From an uncultured Dehalococcoidaceae bacterium (lineage in GTDB: Bacteria > Chloroflexota > Dehalococcoidia > Dehalococcoidales > RBG-16-60-22): a DNA stretch of 54,481 bases. Numbering within the stretch: position 1 is the first letter of the stretch; the number at the start of each line of letters is the position of its first letter. The stretch lies in contig CAYWZO010000005.1 in assembly GCA_964462865.1 (NCBI GenBank), forward strand, positions 1 through 54,481, given 5' to 3'. Positions 37,017-45,681 of this stretch are shown here, in pieces. The translations under genes and the position numbers were made by a program. The notes beneath the pieces are model-generated. The model did no database searches. It saw only the letters and a program-made list of their open reading frames with translations, and was not told the origin of the DNA.

Positions 37017-37098
37017 TGGGGAAGGGGGGACTCGAACCCCCACGCATTGCTGCACTGGATCCTAAGTCCAGCCCGTCTGCCAGTTCCGGCACTCCCCC
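37017..37098 (-). tRNA. tRNA-Leu (TAG)
   Basis: Reverse complement GGGGGAGTGCCGGAACTGGCAGACGGGCTGGACTTAGGATCCAGTGCAGCAATGCGTGGGGGTTCGAGTCCCCCCTTCCCCA; long variable arm; CCA not encoded. Confidence 0.95.
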
Positions 37099-37139
37099 GC
37101 GGTAGAAATGCCGCCGTCACCCCGCGACCGCCCTACCGT

Positions 37140-37168
37140 AATATAGCATTTTAACCAACCTGCCACAA
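37140..37168 (-). promoter_or_regulatory. sigma70-type promoter for tRNA-Leu
   Basis: Minus strand TTGTGG-17 nt-TATATT with extended TG. Confidence 0.55.
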
Positions 37169-37218
37169 GTAAAATATTTTCATCTGCCTCTTGCAAAGGG
37201 CATAAATCTCTGATAGTA

Positions 37219-37247
37219 TTGACGTACATAGATGTTCTAAGTAATGT
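37219..37247 (+). promoter_or_regulatory. sigma70-type promoter for the PadR operon
   Basis: TTGACG-17 nt-TAATGT; spacer contains the palindrome ACATAGATGT. Confidence 0.6.
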
Positions 37248-37265
37248 TAGACCGAGGTGATTGGC

Positions 37266-37607
37266 GTGGTACAGAGACGTGACTTGATGAAAAGTAGTTC
37301 CGACTCCCTCCTGCTTTCGCTGCTGGACAGGCAGCCGATGTATGGCTATAAAATCGTGAAAGAGCTCGATGAGAGAAGCCAGGGGTATTTTAAATTCAAA
37401 GAGGGCACGCTCTATCCAGCCCTCCACCGGCTGGAAAAGTCGGGCCTGATAACGGGCCGATGGCAGGCCGTGCCTAACGGTCGGCAGCGGCGTTATTATT
37501 ATATTACTCCCAGAGGAAGGGCTAAGCTGGCCATGGAAAAGTCACAGTGGCAGGACTTCCTGGAGGCAGTGAAACTGATATTGGAGCCACACCCTTCAAG
37601 TCCCTGA
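37266..37607 (+). CDS. PadR family transcriptional regulator
   Basis: MYGYKIVKEL, EGTLYPALHRLEKSGLI, RRYYYIT; GAGGTG RBS favours GTG 37266 (track start 37257). Confidence 0.92.
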   Translation: MVQRRDLMKSSSDSLLLSLLDRQPMYGYKIVKELDERSQGYFKFKEGTLYPALHRLEKSGLITGRWQAVPNGRQRRYYYITPRGRAKLAMEKSQWQDFLEAVKLILEPHPSSP

Positions 37608-37619
37608 AAGGTGCAGGTG

Positions 37620-38603
37620 ATGACACCGGAGCTGATTCAATATCTGGAGAGCATAAAATTTAGATCGAGGCTCGATCCCTCCGAGGAAAAAGGGATAATG
37701 AGCGAGCTTGAGGCCCACCTCGAGGATAAGCTCAAGGAACTGACTGAATCCGGCCTTAACAGGGAAGAGGCGATGAAGGCCTGCCTGGGGCAGATGGGTG
37801 GTGCCGGGCTCATCGCCCGCCGGATATACGAAGCCTACAGCCAGGGAAGCTGGACACAGGTATTGCTGGCATCTATGCCTCACCTGCTTTTCGGTTTATT
37901 ATTTGTACTTAACTGGTGGCATTACCCTGGCTGGCTGACGCTGGTGTTGCTACTCACCCTCGCTACGACGGTTTACGGCTGGTGGCATGGGAAACCTGCC
38001 TGGGTCTTCTCGTGGCTGGGCTACACCCTGCTGCCGGTGCTGATGCTTGGTATCATGCTGCTTTACCTGCCCAGGCTATGGTCGCTGTTGACGTTGCTTA
38101 TCTATTTCCCTCTGGCGTTATGGTGGCTTTTCCGGCTTATTATTCAAACCACCAAGAGGGATTGGCTTTTCAGTTCGTTGATGTTGCTTCCTCTACCCAT
38201 CATCATCGGGTGGTTCCTGGCGGTATCTCCCGAAGGGAAATTCACGGAAACCAGCCTGCAACGCCTTAATTCCTTTGCCCCCTGGATAGGGATCAGCTTC
38301 ATCGCCCTGGCGCTTACCATCGCGGTTTTTCTCCGTTTACGCCAGCGTACCCTGCGCGTTGGGTTGCTAGCGGCGTCGGGGCTGCTGACGCTGACCCTCG
38401 TGGTCTATTACACGACGGGCCGGCTCAATACGTTCACCTTTTTAGGGCTGGTGCTGGTTATGTGGGGCGTGCTGCTGGTGCCTCCGCTTCTGGAACGTTA
38501 CGTAAGAGGTGGCGAACAGATATCCAGCCGGAGTGCACCTGATGACAGGTATAGAGATTATCTGGATAGTAGCACCGAGGGCCTATGCCGACGACAAAAG
38601 TAG
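37620..38603 (+). CDS. Membrane protein with N-terminal HAAS/permease-prefix domain
   Basis: YLESI...ELEAHLEDK...GLNREEAMKACLGQMG N-terminus followed by many hydrophobic helices; directly follows PadR. Confidence 0.75.
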   Translation: MTPELIQYLESIKFRSRLDPSEEKGIMSELEAHLEDKLKELTESGLNREEAMKACLGQMGGAGLIARRIYEAYSQGSWTQVLLASMPHLLFGLLFVLNWWHYPGWLTLVLLLTLATTVYGWWHGKPAWVFSWLGYTLLPVLMLGIMLLYLPRLWSLLTLLIYFPLALWWLFRLIIQTTKRDWLFSSLMLLPLPIIIGWFLAVSPEGKFTETSLQRLNSFAPWIGISFIALALTIAVFLRLRQRTLRVGLLAASGLLTLTLVVYYTTGRLNTFTFLGLVLVMWGVLLVPPLLERYVRGGEQISSRSAPDDRYRDYLDSSTEGLCRRQK

Positions 38604-39445
38604 CTATCATGACGGACAGTCTGGCCTGCCTTACCAGAGAACTGGCGGCGCAGTATGAAATAGAGATTATCCCTATTAATTTTTATGCCGGCGGTAAAAT
38701 ATACCGAGACTGGGTAGATATCACCCCGTCCGAGGCCTACCAGCTGTTCCTGAAGGACCCCGATTCCTTTAAATCTTCGGCAGCTTCACCCGAAGCCTGC
38801 CTGCAAGCTTATCGTACTGTCAGTCAGCGAGCCTCTCAAATCTTCTGCGTCACCGTTTCCTCCAGACTAAGTATGATGAATGAAGCTGCCAATAAAGCCA
38901 GAGAAATCGCCCGGACCGAGATGCCCGGGACGATTATTGAGGTCATGGACTCCAACTCGGCCACTCCCTCGGAAGGGATGATAGTCCTGGCCGCCGCCCG
39001 CGCTGCCGCCGCTGGTAAAGACCTGCCTGAAGTCATCCAGGCAGCCGAGAAGGTGAAGGCTAGGGTCGGCGTCCTCATACTGCTGGATACGATACGCCAT
39101 GTTTACCGCTCCGGGCGCGTCCCCAAGATCGCCTCACTGGTGGGCTCGGCGCTTAACATCAAGCCTATCCTGACCGTCTCCGGGGCGGTGCATTTCAGCG
39201 GTATGGTGCGCAGCCGGAAGCAGGGCATCGAGCGGATGCTGCAGATGATGAGAAACAGAGTGGGTGACCGTCCGGTGCATGCGGCGGTGACCCATGCCTA
39301 CGCCTTGGATGAAGCGGAAAAATTGAAGGAGCGTATTGCCGCCGAGTTTAACTGCTCCGAGCTCTGGCTTTCCGAGTTCAGTCCGGTGATGGGCTACGCC
39401 TGCGGTACCGGGACGGTCGGTGTGGCTTTTTACCCTGAAGAATAA
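38585..39445 (+). CDS. DegV (FakB-like) fatty-acid-binding protein
   Basis: AIMTDS, KSSAASP, VSSRLS, DTIRHVYRSGR, LNIKPIL, SPVMG. Confidence 0.92.
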   Translation: MPTTKVAIMTDSLACLTRELAAQYEIEIIPINFYAGGKIYRDWVDITPSEAYQLFLKDPDSFKSSAASPEACLQAYRTVSQRASQIFCVTVSSRLSMMNEAANKAREIARTEMPGTIIEVMDSNSATPSEGMIVLAAARAAAAGKDLPEVIQAAEKVKARVGVLILLDTIRHVYRSGRVPKIASLVGSALNIKPILTVSGAVHFSGMVRSRKQGIERMLQMMRNRVGDRPVHAAVTHAYALDEAEKLKERIAAEFNCSELWLSEFSPVMGYACGTGTVGVAFYPEE

Positions 39446-39457
39446 AAAGGGAGACGC

Positions 39458-40090
39458 ATGGTCTGGCAAATCGTGGCGGCTATTATTATCGGGTATTTAC
39501 TGGGTTCCATCCCCTTCGCCTATATCATTACCCGTTTGAAATTGGGGATTGATGTTCGGGAGAAGGGCAGCGGCAATGTCGGCGCCCTGGCCGTCTGGCG
39601 TGAGGTCGGGCCCTTCTACGGCGTTGTCGGCCTGGCTGCTGATATGGGTAAAGGTGTCCTGACCGTTTACACGGCAAAGTGGCTGGGGCTGGAGACAATC
39701 TGGGTTTGCGTTGCCGGGTTTGCCGCTGTGGTCGGACATAACTGGCCGGTCTTCCTGGGTTTTCGGGGAGGCAAGGGGGCTGCCACCATCATGGGTGTGC
39801 TCCTGGCACTGATGCCCGTCCAGTTTGCCATCGGTCTGGGTCTCGCCGTTCTGGCTATCGTCCCCACCAGCAACGTCAGGCTGGGCATGATAGGCCTGGC
39901 CTGTATCCCGCTGATTGCTTGGCTCTTTCATAAAGATATGATATATATTTATTACTCGCTTTTTCTTATCCTTTTCCTGGCGGTCTATACCCTCATCGGC
40001 TTAAAGGGGGAGATAGCCCGGGCGGGAGAGAAAAAGCCTGTCATCGTCGATAAAAAATATAATTTCTGGCAGACCAAAAAAGATGGATAA
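39458..40090 (+). CDS. plsY: Glycerol-3-phosphate acyltransferase
   Basis: YLLGSIP, GSGNVGA, DMGKG, GHNWPVF, FRGGKGAAT. Confidence 0.93.
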   Translation: MVWQIVAAIIIGYLLGSIPFAYIITRLKLGIDVREKGSGNVGALAVWREVGPFYGVVGLAADMGKGVLTVYTAKWLGLETIWVCVAGFAAVVGHNWPVFLGFRGGKGAATIMGVLLALMPVQFAIGLGLAVLAIVPTSNVRLGMIGLACIPLIAWLFHKDMIYIYYSLFLILFLAVYTLIGLKGEIARAGEKKPVIVDKKYNFWQTKKDG

Positions 40091-40099
40091 CCGGGACCG

Positions 40100-40969
40100 A
40101 TGAATAAGGTAGCTATCGTCACCGATACCACTGCCTGCGTGCCACCTGAATACGTGGCCGATCTTGGCATCGAAGTTGTGCCGGTGCAGCTTATCATCGA
40201 AGAGAAAACATACCGTGATGGGATAGACATTTCTCCGGCCGAGTTCTATGCCCTATTGCGCAAGGCCAAAAAAACGCCTACCACTTCCAGTTCCTCACCG
40301 GCGCCGTATTTAGACGCGTTCTATAAGGCCAGCGAGCGGGCGTCGGGCATCCTCTGTCTCACCGAGCCGGCTAAATTCAGTGCCATGTACGCCTCGGCGC
40401 GGGTAGCCAGAGAAACAGCACTGAAAACCCTTAAAGATGTAGCAATTGAGGTAATGGATTGTACCACCGCCGCCGCCGGGCAGGGGCTGGTGGTGATAGC
40501 CGCCGCCCGGGCCGGTATAATGGGTAAAACGCTGGAAGAAGTCAAGAAGACTGCGGGGGAAGTCATGTCCCGGGTAAACCTTTACGCCACTCTGGACACC
40601 CTGCAATATCTGGCCAGAAGCGGGCGTGTCCCGCAGGCCGCCGCGCTGGTCAACTCGATATTGAGCATCAAACCAATCTTCACCCTCGACCATGCTGACC
40701 CGCACACCGTGGCCCTGCCGCGGACGATGCAGAGTGCCATGGACCGCATGATGAAACTGATGCACAAGGCGGCGGTGACGGGACAAAAATTGCACGTGGC
40801 GGTGATGCATGCCGATGCTTTAAAGCAGGCCGCCGCCTTAAAAGAACGAATCACCTCCCGGTTCGATTGCCGGGAGGTGATTATTACCGAGTTCACGCCG
40901 GTCATGGGGGTGCATACCGGTCCGGGGCTAATCGGCGTGGCTTTCTATGGCGAGGCGCTGGAAGTCTAG
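40100..40969 (+). CDS. DegV (FakB-like) fatty-acid-binding protein
   Basis: AIVTDT, PTTSSSSP, LDTLQYLARSGR, LSIKPIF, TPVMGVHTGPG. Confidence 0.93.
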   Translation: MNKVAIVTDTTACVPPEYVADLGIEVVPVQLIIEEKTYRDGIDISPAEFYALLRKAKKTPTTSSSSPAPYLDAFYKASERASGILCLTEPAKFSAMYASARVARETALKTLKDVAIEVMDCTTAAAGQGLVVIAAARAGIMGKTLEEVKKTAGEVMSRVNLYATLDTLQYLARSGRVPQAAALVNSILSIKPIFTLDHADPHTVALPRTMQSAMDRMMKLMHKAAVTGQKLHVAVMHADALKQAAALKERITSRFDCREVIITEFTPVMGVHTGPGLIGVAFYGEALEV

Positions 40970-41034
40970 GACCGGCGGGTTTTTCCGGATGCGCCGAGGA
41001 CTTAAAATAGCCTGGCGGTTTAATAGCTGGTTGA

Positions 41035-41355
41035 CTAACTGGCTGCCGTATTAGTCCGGTCCCGGTAGACTCTGTCGAGGAGCGCCCTGATTTCCCGGAG
41101 CCTTTCTGTCTCCCGGGCTATGTTACCCAGGCGCTGGCTGGCCCACTTTTCGATTACCGAATCGGCCACCCCGAGAGCTCTTGCCGTGTTCACGGTCTCG
41201 TCGGTCACTTTCCTGGAAAAATTGGTAGACTCTTCGAGACGTGCCTGGACTCCACAGGCGATAGCCTCCATTTTGTCAAAAAGTGAATGCCTGCGGGTGT
41301 TGATGTTCGGTCTGCAGACTACCGTGTCAACCTGCTTTGTTCTCGTCTGCATCAT
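41035..41355 (-). CDS. Hypothetical helical protein
   Basis: 106-aa ORF with a strong GAGAGGTGA RBS and its own AT-rich upstream region. Confidence 0.65.
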   Translation of the reverse strand: MMQTRTKQVDTVVCRPNINTRRHSLFDKMEAIACGVQARLEESTNFSRKVTDETVNTARALGVADSVIEKWASQRLGNIARETERLREIRALLDRVYRDRTNTAAS

Positions 41356-41568
41356 AAATCACCTCTCTTTCCTGGCCTTTCACTTTAATTTGGCGCGGTC
41401 CTTTAACCCGGGTATTGAATGTATCAAAGTATACAAATTTAACATATCCTTTTCTTAACTTAATAATAATGATGCGTAATTACAGATAAATCACAAAATC
41501 GGTAAAAGAAGTCACAAAAAAGTCACAAGACAGGTTTTTCACACCTGTTTTTTAATTTTAATTAAAGC

Positions 41569-41597
41569 TTGACGTAGCTGTTACGTTGTTTGATAAT
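41569..41597 (+). promoter_or_regulatory. sigma70-type promoter for the ModE-like gene
   Basis: TTGACG-17 nt-GATAAT upstream of ATG 41631. Confidence 0.65.
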
Positions 41598-41630
41598 ATA
41601 CGATATCCTCACTGAAATGGGGGACGGAAT

Positions 41631-42017
41631 ATGACTGAACCCAGGATACCGGAATTTGGTGTCAAGCACCTGTCCCGCTCCGGTCATGAACCGGAAACCG
41701 GCATCGTCGTGAAGACCAAGGTCTGGCTGGAGAAAGACGGCAAGCTTTTAATGGGATGGGGGAGGGCAACGCTGCTGGAGCGTATTGACCAGCTCGGTTC
41801 GATATCTGCGGCCGCCAAATCGATGAAGCTGGCTTACCGCAACGCCTGGCTCTGGGTGGAAGCGATGAACCGGCTGGCCAATATCCCCCTGGTGGAAAAA
41901 GCCACCGGCGGGGCGCACGGGGGTTACGCGCGTTTGACCGATGAGGGGCGGAGAATCGTCCGGGAATACCTGGAACGGCGGGCCCGCGTCCACGAAATGC
42001 TCAAGAAGAAAATATAG
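41631..42017 (+). CDS. ModE N-terminal-like winged-HTH regulator (no molybdate-binding domain)
   Basis: KVWLE...GRATLLERIDQLGSISAAAKSMKLAYRNAW...MN...LVEK..GG..GG..LT. Confidence 0.88.
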   Translation: MTEPRIPEFGVKHLSRSGHEPETGIVVKTKVWLEKDGKLLMGWGRATLLERIDQLGSISAAAKSMKLAYRNAWLWVEAMNRLANIPLVEKATGGAHGGYARLTDEGRRIVREYLERRARVHEMLKKKI

Positions 42018-42141
42018 AATAACGGGTGTTCTTCTTTCAGAGGCCGCGTTACCTGCCGTCAAAATATCTTCGCTTTAACGTAACTTTTTTATACGCGGGA
42101 CGTATTATATAGTGGAAACGCAATACCAAAAGGAGAGTGTG

Positions 42142-43260
42142 ATGAGAAAGATTGTACTGGGAGTGTTGCTGGTTATCCTGCTGGCCGGGACTTTCGCCTG
42201 TTCACAGACGTCTGAATCCGTCAGGACCATGGTCCCCGCGACAACAACTACCGCGTATGCAGGCAAAGGAGTGCCGCCGCCGGTAGTCGTCACGCAGGCA
42301 CCGGCTCCGGTAGCACAGGAAGATTCAGCCTACTATAATGCCAGCCAGTCCGCCGCAACCGACCGCATGATAATCCGCAACGGCTATCTGCAACTGGTGG
42401 TTGACGATGTGAACGCCGCCATGGCGCAGATTACCAGCCTCGCCGGTACTTACGGCGGTTTCGTGGTAAACTCGAACGTCCAGGAGAACCAGAACCGGTT
42501 GGTCGGAACTATCAGCATCAGGGTGCTCTCGGAGCATTTCAATGACGTCCTGACGGCGCTACGCGCCATGGCCGTGGAGGTGAGGTCGGAAAGCACCTCC
42601 GGCCAGGACGTGACCGAGGAATATACTGACCTGACTGCCAAGCTGCGCAATCTTGAGGCCGCCGAGGCACAGCTGCTCAAGCTCATGGAGCAGGCGGGTC
42701 AGGTGACCGATATCCTCGAAGTACAGCGCGAGCTCGTCAAGACGCGCGGTGAAATTGAGCAGACCAAGGGACGCATGCAGTACCTGGAGCAGAGCTCGGA
42801 CCTGGCGTTCATTCAGGTCACCCTGGAGCAGTCCAAGCTCACCGTCGAGTTCACGGCCAATACCCGGAACGTCAGGGAAGGGGAAAAAGTCCAGTTTACA
42901 CCCACCGTCTCCGGCGGCTTTTCACCCTACAGTTACGAGTGGGACTTCGGCGACGGCCAGACCAGCACCGAGGAAAGGCCGGCCCACGCCTACCGGCAAG
43001 ATGGCGTCTACTCCGTTTCCCTGAAAGTCACTGACGACCGCGGCAACATAGCTCCATATAATAAAGACAAATACGTCACCGTCCTCTCCGGTTGGGAAGC
43101 CGGCAATACCGCCCGAAGTGCCTGGAACGGGTTCGTCGGTTTTGTGCATTTCTTTGTCAACCTCGTTGTCTGGGTGGGCATCTTCAGCCCCTTATGGATT
43201 GCGATTTTGGTAATTCTCTACTTCGCCTGGTGGCGCCGGCGGAAAAAGGATAACAAATAG
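42142..43260 (+). CDS. DUF4349 lipoprotein with PKD domain and C-terminal TM helix
   Basis: Lipobox-like FA-C; RMIIRNG, DVTEEYTDL, ILEVQREL (DUF4349); YEWDFGDG...HAY...YSVSLKVTD (PKD). Confidence 0.85.
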   Translation: MRKIVLGVLLVILLAGTFACSQTSESVRTMVPATTTTAYAGKGVPPPVVVTQAPAPVAQEDSAYYNASQSAATDRMIIRNGYLQLVVDDVNAAMAQITSLAGTYGGFVVNSNVQENQNRLVGTISIRVLSEHFNDVLTALRAMAVEVRSESTSGQDVTEEYTDLTAKLRNLEAAEAQLLKLMEQAGQVTDILEVQRELVKTRGEIEQTKGRMQYLEQSSDLAFIQVTLEQSKLTVEFTANTRNVREGEKVQFTPTVSGGFSPYSYEWDFGDGQTSTEERPAHAYRQDGVYSVSLKVTDDRGNIAPYNKDKYVTVLSGWEAGNTARSAWNGFVGFVHFFVNLVVWVGIFSPLWIAILVILYFAWWRRRKKDNK

Positions 43261-43283
43261 CAGGGCAAATCATTGAAAGCAGG

Positions 43284-43313
43284 AGGGGGGCCGGCCGGCC
43301 CCCCTTTTCATTT
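43284..43313. terminator. Intrinsic terminator after the DUF4349 gene
   Basis: AGGGGGGCCGGCCGGCCCCCCTTTTCATTTC GC-rich hairpin plus T tract. Confidence 0.75.
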
Positions 43314-43332
43314 CAGTTCGCCTCTCGACTCA

Positions 43333-43974
43333 CTACTTCTTAACGTAAGGGTTATCGCGGCGTTCGTCGCCGATGGTCGTTTCCCGGCCGTGACCCGGGT
43401 AAATGATGGTCTCGTCCGGCAGCACCATCAAACGGGACTGGATGCTGGCCAGCAACTGCGGGCGACTGCTCCCGGGCATGAGCGTGGTCCCGATGCCGCG
43501 GCGGAAGATGGTATCACCGGTGAAGACCATGTTACCGGCCAGGAGGCAGATGCTGCCGGGCGTATGGCCCGGGGTATGGATTACGGTAAAAGGCAAGCCG
43601 CCGCAGTCGATAACGTCCCCTTCACGCAGGAGGCGGTCCGGCGGGTGGGGGGTCTTGTAGGAGATGCCGAACTGTGAGCTGAAAGAGCCGCGTCCTTCCA
43701 GGAAATCGGCGTCTTCGATGTGGATGGCCACCTGCGCGCCGGTACGGTCCTGGATATCGTACAGGGCGGCGATATGGTCGGAATGGCCGTGCGTCAGGAC
43801 GATGGTTTTTATCGCCAGCCTGGAATCGGTGATGGCCTGGAGGATTTCCCGCTCGTTACCGCCGGGGTCGATAACCATGCCCTCGCCTGAAGATTCCCGG
43901 CCGACGATGTAACAATTGGCTGACAGATATCCCACCACCAGCCTTTTGATAATTAAAGTATCAGCCATTCCCAT
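43333..43974 (-). CDS. Metallo-beta-lactamase fold hydrolase (glyoxalase II-like)
   Basis: ANCYI, IDPG, THGHSDHI, HTPGHTPGS, TGDT, PGHG. Confidence 0.92.
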   Translation of the reverse strand: MGMADTLIIKRLVVGYLSANCYIVGRESSGEGMVIDPGGNEREILQAITDSRLAIKTIVLTHGHSDHIAALYDIQDRTGAQVAIHIEDADFLEGRGSFSSQFGISYKTPHPPDRLLREGDVIDCGGLPFTVIHTPGHTPGSICLLAGNMVFTGDTIFRRGIGTTLMPGSSRPQLLASIQSRLMVLPDETIIYPGHGRETTIGDERRDNPYVKK

Positions 43975-44212
43975 TATTTATGGTTATCCCGGGATTAAAG
44001 CTACTCAAGAAGTAATAATTGCCTTTCCATTCTAAAAGACCGGCAATTTACGGTTAAACCGGGGTGTGTAACTGATATTTCCAAAATAGCAGAGTCAGGA
44101 AAATTGTGCAAGTCAGGATGGTAACCCCGTCATCTTGGCAGGACTTGTCCCGTACAACGATACGGGGCCAGCATGACATAATGATATAGCTTCGATTTAT
44201 CGATATATAATG

Positions 44213-45052
44213 CTAAGCCCTGACGAGCAAGAGTGGGGAGTTGCCTGCCAGGAGGACTTTCTGGGCGACGCTTCCCAGCGGCCAGAGACTGCCAATGTTA
44301 TGATTATGCGTGCACATGGCTACCAGGTCGCAGGCGGACTCGTCGGCCAGGTCGATGATATGGTCGGCGGGGGAACCAGCTCTGATTTCATATTTCGAGG
44401 TGATACCCTTTTCCGCCAGCCGCTCGCACCAGTCCTGGAGGTAGGTTTCCACTTCAGACAGCGAATGGTTCATCCGGGGCAGCACCCTTAGCAGGGAAAT
44501 CTCCATCTGAAGATTGGACGCTAAAGTGGTTATCACGGGCATCACTGCCTCGCTCTCCATTGAACCGTCCAGCGGCAGGAGGGCCTTTTTGAAAATACGC
44601 TTGGCGCGCACGTCCGGGTGGGCACCTTTAGCCCGGATAAGCAGCAGCGGCTGTCTCGTGGTTGACCTGACGACCTTATCAGCCACGCTGCCTACCGCCC
44701 AGCGGCTGATACCGGAACGACCGTGCGTGGCCATGACCACCAGGCATAGGTGCCCTCTATCAATATAGTCCAGGATTCCCTGGGCGGCATTGCCCATGCG
44801 GGTGGCTGTGCACACTGTACATTTGGGGTGTCCGTTGCCGTGAGCATATTTCTCGACCTGATGGATGGTGAGGTCGACAATCTTTTCCATGTAAGTATAG
44901 TTATTACGGTATTCCTCGGTTTCCTCCGAAGGCAGCACCGATAGCAGCACCATCTCGGAGCCTATCTTGCCGGCTATTTCTTCGGCGTAGGGCAGGGCTA
45001 CCTCGGCCAACGGCGAGCCATCCAGGGGGACGACTATTTTTCTATATATCAT
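44213..45052 (-). CDS. Universal stress protein (two USP domains)
   Basis: KIVVPLDGS, VMATHGRSG...GSVADKV, second LLPLDGS...GSVAQKV. Confidence 0.92.
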   Translation of the reverse strand: MIYRKIVVPLDGSPLAEVALPYAEEIAGKIGSEMVLLSVLPSEETEEYRNNYTYMEKIVDLTIHQVEKYAHGNGHPKCTVCTATRMGNAAQGILDYIDRGHLCLVVMATHGRSGISRWAVGSVADKVVRSTTRQPLLLIRAKGAHPDVRAKRIFKKALLPLDGSMESEAVMPVITTLASNLQMEISLLRVLPRMNHSLSEVETYLQDWCERLAEKGITSKYEIRAGSPADHIIDLADESACDLVAMCTHNHNIGSLWPLGSVAQKVLLAGNSPLLLVRA

Positions 45053-45085
45053 ATCCAGCTTCTCAAATAATTCGGTGTAACATTT

Positions 45086-45475
45086 TTATCGGGAGATGAT
45101 GGAGATGGGTTGCCTTGTATAAGAGCGTTGCAACAGGGAGTTCATTCGCGCCAGGAGCTCCAGGGGGCCGAAGGATTTTCTTAGAAAGTAATCAGCGCCG
45201 GAGTTGATAGCCCTGACACAGGTTTCCGTGCTGGCATTCAGGCTGATGACGATGAGAGGAATATAGGTCAGGTTTCGTATTCTTTCGCAAATCGTCCAGC
45301 TTTCCACGGCGGGACTTTCCAGCAGGATAATGATATCGTACGCCTGCTGCCCGAGTTTTAACAGGCCCGTATCCACGTTGTGTTCCAGGTCGACTTCGTA
45401 GCCGAGTTTAGACAGGAGGCCGGGAATTAAAAGAAGCGACCTGGCATTGTTGATAAATAATACTTTTTTACCCAT
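45086..45475 (-). CDS. Stand-alone atypical response-regulator receiver domain
   Basis: Receiver fold pattern (GYEV, IPLIVIS, GADYFLRKSF, ELLAR) with a degenerate acidic pocket. Confidence 0.8.
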   Translation of the reverse strand: MGKKVLFINNARSLLLIPGLLSKLGYEVDLEHNVDTGLLKLGQQAYDIIILLESPAVESWTICERIRNLTYIPLIVISLNASTETCVRAINSGADYFLRKSFGPLELLARMNSLLQRSYTRQPISIISR

Positions 45476-45681
45476 TCTTACATTTCAATGTAATCTATCC
45501 GGCCTGCCGGTGAAAAGCAAAAAAACCTCTATTTTGTTTAAGGGTTTGCCCCCATTATGCAGAATAAAGGATATCCACCAGAAGAAATGCTGACTGGTAC
45601 GGATGCTAGATGCGAGGGTAACCGTTACATTAGTACTATACGGTGAGGATAATAAAACGGCCGCAAGGGTAATTTTTTTAT

